The notes below the pieces were generated by a model. The model was not told the origin of the DNA. It was given only the letters and a program-made list of their open reading frames with translations, and made no database searches. A stretch of 55,743 nucleotides of DNA from Patescibacteria group bacterium (GTDB taxonomy: Bacteria; Patescibacteriota; Minisyncoccia; Phycocordibacterales; UBA9973). This document shows positions 8,715-17,328 of the stretch, one piece after another (within the stretch, counting starts at the first letter, position 1; every line of letters starts with the position of its first letter). Both the position numbers and the translations under genes were made by a program. The stretch lies in NCBI GenBank assembly GCA_040384365.1, contig JAZKJK010000017.1, positions 1 through 55,743 of the forward strand, read 5' to 3'.

Positions 8715-9536
8715 ATGTATAAGGTTATTAGACAATTACAACTGCTGGATAAATTTTTTCTTTTAATGCTGCCCATAGTTGCCATGTTTTTTTCTGTTAA
8801 ATTCAATAGTTCTTACTCAATATCTACGATTTTATTTTACGCCTTGCCCGGTATCTATGTACTACTAAGATTCGGAAAGATTTGGCAATGGTGGAAAGCT
8901 CTTCTTTTTTCAGTTTTATTTACTACACCGTTTACTATCATCGTTGATTATATCGGGATTAAAAGTGGGCTGTGGTATACACCCACGAGTTCTTTGGCAG
9001 TGAGATTTCTTGGGATTATCCCGTGGGAAGACTTTCTGTGGATGATAGCCGGAACATATACGATAATAATGATTTATGAAACGCTCGTGAGTGAAGGAAA
9101 ACAGGAACTAATAAACCGCCGTGCAATATATTTTGTATTGTCAGCAATAATTGTACTATCTATTTTCTTTTTATTCTTTGTAACAGGGCGGACGGATTTC
9201 TTTATTTTTGAGAGTAAGTATGCTTACTTAATTCTTGCAAGTATTTTCTTTTTATTTCCAGCCCTTTTGTTTGTAATAAAATTTCCAGAGTACTTAAAAA
9301 ACTTTTTACCTTTGAGTGTCTATTTTCTTTACTTAACAATATTATTTGAAATAACAGCTACTTATCTACACCAGTGGATATTTACTGGAAAATATCTTAT
9401 ACCACCCCTAAATATTTTTGGTAATACACCAATTCCTTATGAAGAACTATTTTTCGTAGGTGTTGTTGGACCTATAGTTGCCCTTTCTCTCTATGAATTT
9501 TTTGATAATAGTCCAGTTGAAACTAATTATAAATAA
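8715..9536 (+). CDS. lycopene-cyclase-domain membrane protein
   Basis: Polytopic membrane protein with two PxE[ED]-type motifs (IIPWEDFLWM and PIPYEELFFVGVVG), as in CrtYc/Yd-type cyclase domains. Confidence 0.5.
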   Translation: MYKVIRQLQLLDKFFLLMLPIVAMFFSVKFNSSYSISTILFYALPGIYVLLRFGKIWQWWKALLFSVLFTTPFTIIVDYIGIKSGLWYTPTSSLAVRFLGIIPWEDFLWMIAGTYTIIMIYETLVSEGKQELINRRAIYFVLSAIIVLSIFFLFFVTGRTDFFIFESKYAYLILASIFFLFPALLFVIKFPEYLKNFLPLSVYFLYLTILFEITATYLHQWIFTGKYLIPPLNIFGNTPIPYEELFFVGVVGPIVALSLYEFFDNSPVETNYK

Positions 9537-9627
9537 ACCTTGCAAAAATGTATTTATTTGTTTTCTAAAATACTTACTGCCTCAAAGACCCATTCCTGTC
9601 TCAATTTATCTTAACTTTTCAACTTCC

Positions 9628-10122
9628 TTATTTCTTCAAATCTCCAACTACAAGAGCAAAGGCGTATAGACTATCTTCTGGTCCATTATCTAAATACTTG
9701 CCAGCTTTTGCCAATGGGAATGAAAAATCCATCGGTTCTGCGAATAGAATATAAAAGGTATAGAGTGATTTATCGAATGACTTTACCCTAGGATCTGCAA
9801 CTATTGCGGTATCATAATCAATCCAATATAAGCTTTTCTTTGAGAGTTTTCTGACTACTTCACCGCAGTAAGCGCCGCAACGCACAACAACTTTTACAAG
9901 TTGATCATTTGTGAGGTTCTTTCTGTTTTTTCTCACCTCATTTAAATAGCTGTCAACGTATTTTAAACTCTCAAGAGAATAATCAAGTTTTGATGAATTC
10001 AAGAATTCTTTGAGTGGATTGGGTAGGTCAGAGCCGCTATCGTTGACCAAAAAAGCAGCGACTGAAGCAATGTCGAGCGTGAGGTCTTTGTATCTTTTTT
10101 GTTTTTTGAATAAATTAAACAT
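9628..10122 (-). CDS. hypothetical protein, 164 aa
   Basis: ORF only. Confidence 0.5.
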   Translation of the reverse strand: MFNLFKKQKRYKDLTLDIASVAAFLVNDSGSDLPNPLKEFLNSSKLDYSLESLKYVDSYLNEVRKNRKNLTNDQLVKVVVRCGAYCGEVVRKLSKKSLYWIDYDTAIVADPRVKSFDKSLYTFYILFAEPMDFSFPLAKAGKYLDNGPEDSLYAFALVVGDLKK

Positions 10123-10233
10123 CTTTTTAAGTGTAGCTCAGAAAAGCAGTTTTGTGTAATTTCTAGGCACCCGGGTCTTCCGATACTAAATACCCTATGT
10201 GGAAGCGCTGAGAATTTAAACTTAACATCTAGG

Positions 10234-10318
10234 CGGAGACGGTGAGATTCGAACTCACGGTCCCTTGCAGGACTCTCGTTTTCAAGACGAGCGCGTTAGA
10301 CCTCTCTGCCACGTCTCC
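10234..10318 (-). tRNA. tRNA-Ser, anticodon TGA (class II, long variable arm)
   Basis: Reverse complement reads GGAGACGTGGCAGAGAGGTCTAACGCGCTCGTCTTGAAAACGAGAGTCCTGCAAGGGACCGTGAGTTCGAATCTCACCGTCTCCG. Anticodon loop is CT-TGA-AA. Confidence 0.85.
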
Positions 10319-10418
10319 GCCAAAATGTCAAGTCTATGTATTTTTAAAAAGCATATAATCCCTTAATCTCTTGAACTATTCCTTTACCCTAAGATCGACT
10401 AGCTTAGTATAGCTATTT

Positions 10419-10922
10419 TTATTTATTTTTCAATGTTTTTCTCAGCCAACTTTTTTCCAGAAAATGTTCTTCATAATGACAATTTGGACAAATTAGTTCC
10501 AAATTTTCTAAATTATTATGATTTCTATTTCTGTCTTTATGGTGAACTTGCAATATTTCATACTTTTCATAATTGCATCTCTCACATTTTTTTCCTCTCT
10601 CTGCCAATAATCTTATTTTCAAACTCCTTTGAGATTTAACTTTGTCTTTAAGTCTAGCACCTGTGTATTTAATACCAGATCTGTTCACATTGGCACAAGC
10701 TCGGCTACAGGTTTTTTTATTAAACTTTGCCAAAATCATCATCCCGCAAATGACACAAGGTTTTTCTTTTCTGTTCCCAATGCCATAGCATGTAGCACTA
10801 CAAAACACATGATTATTGTTTCTTTTAATTTGACTCGGTTTTCTATAAATGAGTTTATTGCAAATAATGCAGCTAGCATTTGGATGTCTCATGTAGTCAC
10901 TCACTAACTCAGTATACCACAA
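10419..10922 (-). CDS. HNH endonuclease with several CxxC zinc-finger-like pairs
   Basis: C-terminal HNH motif VHHKDRNRNHNNLENLELICPNCH. Upstream CIIC, CVIC and CERC pairs. Confidence 0.75.
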   Translation of the reverse strand: MWYTELVSDYMRHPNASCIICNKLIYRKPSQIKRNNNHVFCSATCYGIGNRKEKPCVICGMMILAKFNKKTCSRACANVNRSGIKYTGARLKDKVKSQRSLKIRLLAERGKKCERCNYEKYEILQVHHKDRNRNHNNLENLELICPNCHYEEHFLEKSWLRKTLKNK

Positions 10923-10967
10923 AAACGTGAGGTTTACTCTTAAGTAATTTTGAGTTAGACTCTCATC

Positions 10968-11405
10968 ATGAGAATTTTGGGCATTGATTATGGGACGAAG
11001 CGGATCGGAATTGCGATTTCGGATGAAAATAGCACTCTGGCTTTTCCAAAAGAAATTATTCCGAATGATGTGAATACCATGAAAAGGCTCGGTGAGATTA
11101 TAGGCAAAGAAAAGGTGGGAGAATTGGTGATCGGCGAGTCAGTGGATTTCTCGGGCGCCTTAAATGCTCTCTCGGCGAGAATCGAAGTTTTCATTTTAGA
11201 ACTGGGGGAGAAATTTAAATTACCCATTCATAAGCAAAAAGAATTTCTGACATCAGTCGAGGCGAGGAGGGGAGTCGGAGGCAAAACGAGCGCCAGTCCA
11301 TCGCAATCCCACAGTAAAGTCAAACAAATAAAAAGTGGTCGGATAGATGCGAGCGCCGCCGCCCTCATCCTCCAGAGATATTTAGATAAAAAGAATAAAA
11401 ATTAA
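10968..11405 (+). CDS. ruvX: Holliday junction resolvase-like nuclease RuvX/YqgF
   Basis: MRILGIDYGTKRIGIAISD... at the N-terminus. 145 aa. Confidence 0.85.
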   Translation: MRILGIDYGTKRIGIAISDENSTLAFPKEIIPNDVNTMKRLGEIIGKEKVGELVIGESVDFSGALNALSARIEVFILELGEKFKLPIHKQKEFLTSVEARRGVGGKTSASPSQSHSKVKQIKSGRIDASAAALILQRYLDKKNKN

Positions 11406-11421
11406 TTCAAAGAATTTTAAT

Positions 11422-11751
11422 ATGATTAATATAGAAGATTTTAAAAAAGTTGATATAGTGGCGGGCAAGATTTTATCGGCCGAAAAAATTCCCGAGACGG
11501 ATAAATTGTTAAAACTGTCAGTCGATCTGGGGGAACCAACGCCACGGCAAATAGTTTCAGGGATTTCTTTATATTTTCCAGATTGCACTGTTCTCATTGG
11601 TAAAAAATGTATGTTCGTGGCCAATCTAGAGCCGAGAATGATTCGCGGTTTTGAAAGTCAGGGGATGATTCTAGCTGTTTCGACGAGCGATGGCCAGTTT
11701 TCTTTACTTGCTCCGGAAAATGAAATTCCAGTTGGTACTAGGGCAAAATAA
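11422..11751 (+). CDS. tRNA-binding domain protein (CsaA / MetRS C-terminal-like OB fold)
   Basis: DFKKVDIVAGKILSAEKIPETDKLLKLSVDLGE...RQIVSGI. Confidence 0.8.
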   Translation: MINIEDFKKVDIVAGKILSAEKIPETDKLLKLSVDLGEPTPRQIVSGISLYFPDCTVLIGKKCMFVANLEPRMIRGFESQGMILAVSTSDGQFSLLAPENEIPVGTRAK

Positions 11752-11839
11752 AGGTATATGGAGTACCATATACCAATGACGCTCAGACATTAAACAAATG
11801 CATTTGTTTATGCTCTTCGTTTATTGGTATAATAAAGTT

Positions 11840-12934
11840 ATGTCTTCGCATTCGTTCAATGCATTTTTTCATAGATCTTTTCCCGCGCCTTCTTTTCTCG
11901 CTGTACCTTTCTTTGGTCTAGATATTTCAGATGAATCTTTAAAATTTATAGAGCTGATCAATACCAGAAATGGTATCAAGGTCGGTCGACACGGGGAACG
12001 GACCATCCCCGCCGGAGTCATGGAGTCAGGCAAGATTAAAGATCCCAAAAAAATGGAGGAAATTCTCATGAAGCTTCGAGTGGAAGTCGGCATAAAATCA
12101 GTGCGAGTGTCGTTGCCCGAAGAACAAGTTTATCTTTTTAAACTTCGTTTAGAAAAATCAGGTTTGGTGAGCGTTAGAGAAAGTATCGAGCTGTCTCTCG
12201 AGGAGCATATACCTCTCCAAGCCTCCGAGGCTATTTTTGATTATGAATTGCTTGGTCAAGATAAACAGTATATAGATCTCCAGGTGGCGACCATTCCCAA
12301 AAAAATAATCGAAAGCTATCTTTCCATATTTAAGAATGCTCAAATCAGAGTCCAGTCTTTTGAGCTCGAGCCCCAAGCTATCTGCCGAGCGGTCGTTAAA
12401 AATGGAGACTTGGAGACTTATATGATTGTGGACTTTGGAGAAAAGCGCACGGGTATTTTTATTGTTTCGCGCGGTTTTGTGATGTTTACTTCGACACTTG
12501 ATGTCGGTGGCGTGATGTTGAATGACATGATTTCTAAAAATTTCAAGATAAGTTTTGAGGAAGCAGAAAAAATGAAAAGAAAATATGGCCTCGAGCGCAA
12601 CACCGCCAATAAAGAATTATTCTCCGTGCTTTTAAACAGTGTTTCTATTTTGCGAGATGAGGTAGCCAAGCATTTTCTATATTGGAATACTCACAAAGAC
12701 GAAGAGGGAAAAAATAATCCACCGATCAAGAAGATTATCCTCTGTGGTGGCGATTCTAACCTCATCGGACTTTCTGACTATCTGTCTATCAGTATGAAGA
12801 CCGAGGTGGAGATGGCGAATGTCTGGATTAATATAGCTAGCCCAGAAGATCAAATTCCCGAGATAGATTTTAAACAAGCTCTTTCTTTTGCTGCTTCTTT
12901 GGGGCTAGCTTTGAGAGATTACAATTATGATTAA
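11840..12934 (+). CDS. pilM: type IV pilus assembly protein PilM (actin-like ATPase fold)
   Basis: FFGLDISDESLKFIEL..., later VDFGEKRTGI and ILCGGDSNLIGL. Start moved to ATG 11840, which lies behind a TGgTATAAT box. Confidence 0.75.
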   Translation: MSSHSFNAFFHRSFPAPSFLAVPFFGLDISDESLKFIELINTRNGIKVGRHGERTIPAGVMESGKIKDPKKMEEILMKLRVEVGIKSVRVSLPEEQVYLFKLRLEKSGLVSVRESIELSLEEHIPLQASEAIFDYELLGQDKQYIDLQVATIPKKIIESYLSIFKNAQIRVQSFELEPQAICRAVVKNGDLETYMIVDFGEKRTGIFIVSRGFVMFTSTLDVGGVMLNDMISKNFKISFEEAEKMKRKYGLERNTANKELFSVLLNSVSILRDEVAKHFLYWNTHKDEEGKNNPPIKKIILCGGDSNLIGLSDYLSISMKTEVEMANVWINIASPEDQIPEIDFKQALSFAASLGLALRDYNYD

Positions 12935-13469
12935 TCTAATCCCAAGTAAAGAAAAGAAAGAAATGGTCAAAGGTCTTTACTATCGGCTGGTTGTTTTGTT
13001 TTTGGTGATGATTGGCAGCTCACTTTTATTTGCTTCCATAGTTATGCTACCAGCTTTCTTTCTTTCTTCTATGGAAAATAATATTGCAGATTCAAAATTA
13101 GAAGCGCAAAAGCGGGAGCCAGTGCCACTGCCCGCGGAACAGACTCTCAAAACAATCAAAGATTTAAATAATAAGATAGCTTTAATAGAAAGTGCGGAAA
13201 ATAATAAATTTATTGTCACTCAAAAAGTAATAAATACTATTATTTTAAAAAAGATGTCTAGTATCAAGATCACCGATATTTCTTATGAAGCTAGCCTCCC
13301 ACCAAATAAAAAGATCAGCATTCAAGGTACAGCGCCTTCTCGAGAAGCTTTACTCTTATTCCGCAAAGCCCTCGGGGACGATGCTACTTTCAAGAGTGTT
13401 GACCTGCCGATCTCTAATTTTATCAAAGGATCCAATATCCAATTTTATCTAAGTCTAATTCCTGCATAA
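12927..13469 (+). CDS. pilN: PilN-like pilus assembly protein (single N-terminal TM)
   Basis: MINLIPSKEKKE... followed by a TM segment. Position directly after pilM with overlapping start and stop. Confidence 0.6.
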   Translation: MINLIPSKEKKEMVKGLYYRLVVLFLVMIGSSLLFASIVMLPAFFLSSMENNIADSKLEAQKREPVPLPAEQTLKTIKDLNNKIALIESAENNKFIVTQKVINTIILKKMSSIKITDISYEASLPPNKKISIQGTAPSREALLLFRKALGDDATFKSVDLPISNFIKGSNIQFYLSLIPA

Positions 13470-13472
13470 TAT

Positions 13473-14012
13473 ATGAAAAGTAATTTTCCAAAAATACCAT
13501 TGTTCCTTTCTATAATGTTTTTCATAGTATCTTTATCGGCTTTTCTATTTCTTCATAAAACAATAAACAATAGTAATGCAGAATCTCAATCCAAAGAGAC
13601 AGAGTGGAAGAGTGAGGCGTTGAGACGCGATGCCATAAAGGCGCTGGATAATTCTATTAAAATGATCGAAGGTGATAGAATGCAACTGGAAACACATTTT
13701 GCGCAAAGTTCTAACGCAGTGCCATTTTTGGATGCCATCGAAGCATTGGCGCCGAAGGTGGGCGCTAAAACACAAGTAACTTCTGTAGATATTGCCAAAG
13801 ATGGCTCTGCGCTCGTAGTGGGGATGACCGCCTCGGGGACCTTCAGTAGTCTCTATAAATTTCTGACCCTGCTGGAAAATTCTCCTTATGAACTGGAGTT
13901 TATGACTGTAGATATGCACCGGCAATCAAGTGGGGAAGTCGTGAGCAAGGGCGTCAGAGCTTCTGGTTGGAGCGTAACTCTCAAAATGAAACTTTTGAGT
14001 TTTGTAAATTAA
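13473..14012 (+). CDS. pilO: PilO-like pilus assembly protein
   Basis: N-terminal TM, coiled-coil region, and position in the pilMNO order. Confidence 0.5.
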   Translation: MKSNFPKIPLFLSIMFFIVSLSAFLFLHKTINNSNAESQSKETEWKSEALRRDAIKALDNSIKMIEGDRMQLETHFAQSSNAVPFLDAIEALAPKVGAKTQVTSVDIAKDGSALVVGMTASGTFSSLYKFLTLLENSPYELEFMTVDMHRQSSGEVVSKGVRASGWSVTLKMKLLSFVN

Positions 14013-14023
14013 TAAAATAAATC

Positions 14024-14338
14024 ATGCAAGTAAAATTTTTCAAAAAAGAAAAAAGTTTCAAAAAAGAAAAAGAAAGTTTATGGCTAAACATAAATTTTTA
14101 CTGGAAGCTGGCCGTCGGCTTCATGTTGGTAACATTCCTCATATCTTTAGCATTTGGTTGCTATCTTTTCTTGAAAATAAACAAAGAATTTGTTTTGGCG
14201 GAGGGCGCAGTCAGTTCGCAAGTTGAGACGGTTAGCCTTGAAAGAATCAAGGGAGTTTTGGAATATTTTTCTGGGCGAGAAAAAAAGTCAAAGGAAATAA
14301 TAAATTCTCCAGCGCCTGTCTTTGATCCATCTTTGTAA
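14024..14338 (+). CDS. small membrane protein, last gene of the pilus cluster
   Basis: 104 aa with one TM (WKLAVGFMLVTFLISLAFGCYLFL). Confidence 0.5.
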   Translation: MQVKFFKKEKSFKKEKESLWLNINFYWKLAVGFMLVTFLISLAFGCYLFLKINKEFVLAEGAVSSQVETVSLERIKGVLEYFSGREKKSKEIINSPAPVFDPSL

Positions 14339-14732
14339 TGGTGCGGGGACTGGGACGATGTTCGAGCCTGCCGACACCAAGCCAAGCGCGCCGCCATATT
14401 AGTATACACCCATTTTAGAAATGAGTTTGGTGTTCCGGTCGAGCGGTCAGAGAACTAACCCTCACTCACCCCGTTTGGTTTGCCGGGCAATTTCCCGCGC
14501 GATCGTTTCGATGGAGCCTTCAATCTCCCGAAGCATCGCGATCATTGTTTGCATCTCCGCGAAACACGAACAATGTCCAGCGGGCAGACGCGGCGCAGAC
14601 CTCATTGCTGCTAACCGGCAAAAAATCGAACCGCAGGCGTCAGCCAGTCGATTGATGCATACGAGTTCTTCCTTTATCCAACAAATCACACCCGGCCAGA
14701 GTAATCTGTGCCGGGTTTTTATTTTTCCACAA

Positions 14733-14870
14733 ATGTCTAAAGTCATTTTCACACCCTTGGAATCCATAGCCCGGCCAAAGCTCGCACTTTCATCGCCGAC
14801 CGTTTTCAACGCGCCAATCCGCCCACCTTTGAAGTGGCTGGGCGGCAAGCGATGGTTGTCTCCGCTTTGA
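14733..14870 (+). pseudogene. N-terminal fragment resembling a Dam-type (D12 class) N6-adenine DNA methyltransferase
   Basis: MSKVIFTPLESIARPKLALSSPTVFNAPIRPPLKWLGGKRWLSPL followed by a stop. The KW.GGK motif is the Dam N-terminal signature, but no EPF.GG or DPPY motif follows in any frame. Confidence 0.3.
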
Positions 14871-15067
14871 AGCGGGGCGGCTTCAAAGCGCAGCAGACAT
14901 TGATTGAAAAAACCGGACGGGAGGGCGGAAGGCACGATATGAACACGCTGACGAGCAAGGTTCTTTACAAGAGGAACGCCATCATCTATAATGATGAATG
15001 TGGTGCTAATAGCCACAGAATAAGCAACATAGGATATGAATCCAAAAACTTTAGCAAGACAAAAATT

Positions 15068-15943
15068 ATGAAAACAACATTCAAATCTGTCATGTGTGTG
15101 CTTGGTGTGGTCGCTGTGCTGGCACTGATAATTAGTTGCCAGCCACGGACCACCAGCAAACAAAACTCCGCCCAGCCCGCATTTGACCGGGTAATCAATA
15201 CAAAAACCATCAAAGTTGGTTACATTTCTTATCCACCAAGCTTGATTAAAGACCCTAACAGCGGAAAAATCACCGGCATTTTTCACGACGTATTGGCAGA
15301 GATTGGCCGACGAGCAGACTTAAAAATTGAATTCGTCGAAGAAGTGACTTGGGGCACTATGATTGAAGCGGTGAACTCCGGTCGTGTTGACTTGATTTGC
15401 ACCGGCCTTTGGCCGAATTCGACCCGCGCAAAGTTCGCCGATTTCACCGACCCGATCTATTTCAGCCCTATCAAAGCTTATGTCAAGGCGGGCGATAAAA
15501 CGTTTGATAATAATCTCGGCAAAGCGAATGCCCCTCAATTTAAGATTGCAACAGTAGATGGCGAGATGACATCCATCATTGCGAAAACTGACTTTCCAAA
15601 TGCTTCAGTGGATTCTCTCCCCCAAAGCACTGACGTTTCACAAGTGTTGCTCGAAGTAGCTAGCGGCAAGGCGACATTAACTTTTGTTGAACCAGCCGTC
15701 ATGCGCGACTACCTCGATAAAAACCCGGATGCCTTGCGGGAAGTTTCCGGTGTGCCTCCTGTCCGTGTGTTTCCAAATGTGTTGATGGTGGCAAAGGGAG
15801 AGAGCAAGCTGGTTTCATTCTTAAATACGGCAATTAATGAACTGGCCAACACAGGGTTTATAGACGGAACAATCAATCAATACGAAAAATCCCCAGGATT
15901 ATTTCTTCGTCGCTCACTTCCATATCGCCTGCCACCACAGTGA
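15068..15943 (+). CDS. amino-acid ABC transporter substrate-binding lipoprotein (SBP family 3)
   Basis: Signal peptide with lipobox-like LIISC. Then IKVGYISYPPS...GIFHDVLAEIGRRADLKIEFVEE.TWGTMIEAVNSGRVDLI. Start chosen at the internal ATG 15068 of track ORF 14834..15943. Confidence 0.8.
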   Translation: MKTTFKSVMCVLGVVAVLALIISCQPRTTSKQNSAQPAFDRVINTKTIKVGYISYPPSLIKDPNSGKITGIFHDVLAEIGRRADLKIEFVEEVTWGTMIEAVNSGRVDLICTGLWPNSTRAKFADFTDPIYFSPIKAYVKAGDKTFDNNLGKANAPQFKIATVDGEMTSIIAKTDFPNASVDSLPQSTDVSQVLLEVASGKATLTFVEPAVMRDYLDKNPDALREVSGVPPVRVFPNVLMVAKGESKLVSFLNTAINELANTGFIDGTINQYEKSPGLFLRRSLPYRLPPQ

Positions 15944-16605
15944 GTATCTTCAAAATTATTGCCGAATATCATCAAGCATACCTATCTGGCCTTTGGGTCA
16001 CGTTAGAATTATGTGCGTGGGCATGGATTGGAGGGTTGATAATTGGCGCAATGCTCGCGTTGCTTTCCGATCAATGGCCGCGTGGTTTAGGAATTCCTTT
16101 GCGAGGTGTCAGTCGTTTCGTCGAAGCCATCCCCATTCTGGTGCTCTTGTTTTGGGCGCACTATCCTTTGCAAGCCGCGCTCGGAGTTGTTATTCCACCG
16201 TTCATCACGATGGCGGTTCTCCTAACCGCCGTGAATACGTTGACCGTTTACGGAATTGTTTGGACAGGTATCCAGAGTGTCCCGCGCGAATACGTTGAAG
16301 TGGCACGCGTTTGTGGTATTTCAAAAAGCCGCACCTACTGGAAAATCAAGGTTCCGCTGGCTCTTCGCAATGCGCTTGGCTCGCTGACGAGTTCTCAGGT
16401 TTATGTCCTGCATCTTTCCATTTTCGGGAGCCTTATCTCCGTGGACGAGATTTTCCGAATGTCGCAGCGCATCAATTCAGTAGCTTACAAGCCGGTGGAA
16501 GTTTATACGGGTCTGGCGGTATTTTTTCTGATTGTGTGTCTGCCGTTGAATTTGCTCGCAAGCAGGTTGAGCAAAAAGTATTCCGACCGCCGATTCCAGC
16601 AATAA
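15940..16605 (+). CDS. amino-acid ABC transporter permease
   Basis: 221-aa polytopic protein. GTG start overlaps the SBP stop. EAA-like loop region VARVCGISKSRTYWKIKVPLALRNAL. Confidence 0.8.
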   Translation: MSIFKIIAEYHQAYLSGLWVTLELCAWAWIGGLIIGAMLALLSDQWPRGLGIPLRGVSRFVEAIPILVLLFWAHYPLQAALGVVIPPFITMAVLLTAVNTLTVYGIVWTGIQSVPREYVEVARVCGISKSRTYWKIKVPLALRNALGSLTSSQVYVLHLSIFGSLISVDEIFRMSQRINSVAYKPVEVYTGLAVFFLIVCLPLNLLASRLSKKYSDRRFQQ

Positions 16606-16610
16606 CAATC

Positions 16611-17321
16611 ATGTCCCATCAACACCAACAACCTGCGTTTGAGCTTTGCGAGCTTTCGGTTACGTTAGGTGGGCGTCAAACCCTGAAAAATCAATCAATG
16701 GAGGCAAACGCGGGGGAAATCATTGCCGTTATGGGGCCAAGTGGCTGCGGCAAAACTACATTGCTCCGTGCAATCGCACGCCTTCAACCAGCGGAAAGCG
16801 GGCAACTCCGTCTTGGGGAACATTGTTACTCGCTTGTCGGAAATTCCTCGGACAGTTCAGACGGTTCGTTTTATCCGACTGTTTCCTATGTGCCGCAAAC
16901 TTTGGCGTTGTGGCCGCACTTTACTAATTATGAGAACATAACATTTTCTTTGAATGGCGATTCAGCAGCAGAGCTCAATGTTGTTGAATTGGCTCAGAAA
17001 CTCCATGTCGAACACGTATTGCGCCAAAAGCCAGAAAACTGTTCACAAGGCCAACGGCAACGAGTGGCGCTGATCCGCGCGTTGATTCTCAAGCCACGCT
17101 TTTTGTTGCTTGATGAGGTGACTTCGGCACTTGACCGGGAAAATTCCGAGCGAGTTGCAACAATGCTGCGCGAGTTCGTTTCGCAGGGTGCAATTGTGCT
17201 TGCAGTCACTCACGATATTCGCTTTGCTCAAGCAATCGCCAGCAAGGTGCTCGAAATGGATTTGAGCGGAAACTTATCTCTAATGTCCGAAATGTCACAT
17301 GAACTAAAATCGCGCACTTAA
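16611..17321 (+). CDS. amino-acid ABC transporter ATP-binding protein
   Basis: Walker A GPSGCGKTT, signature variant CSQGQRQRVALIRAL, Walker B LLLDEVTSALD. Start at the internal ATG 16611 of track ORF 16311..17321. Confidence 0.85.
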   Translation: MSHQHQQPAFELCELSVTLGGRQTLKNQSMEANAGEIIAVMGPSGCGKTTLLRAIARLQPAESGQLRLGEHCYSLVGNSSDSSDGSFYPTVSYVPQTLALWPHFTNYENITFSLNGDSAAELNVVELAQKLHVEHVLRQKPENCSQGQRQRVALIRALILKPRFLLLDEVTSALDRENSERVATMLREFVSQGAIVLAVTHDIRFAQAIASKVLEMDLSGNLSLMSEMSHELKSRT

Positions 17322-17328
17322 AAAGGGC

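Noticed and set aside
14421-15286. 149-aa plus-strand ORF and 274-aa minus-strand ORF at the left end of the GC-rich island.
   Set aside because: The two overlap each other and the SBP gene. Their composition and amino-acid content are Arg/Ala/Cys-rich with no motifs, apart from the short Dam-like stub, which I report separately as a fragment.
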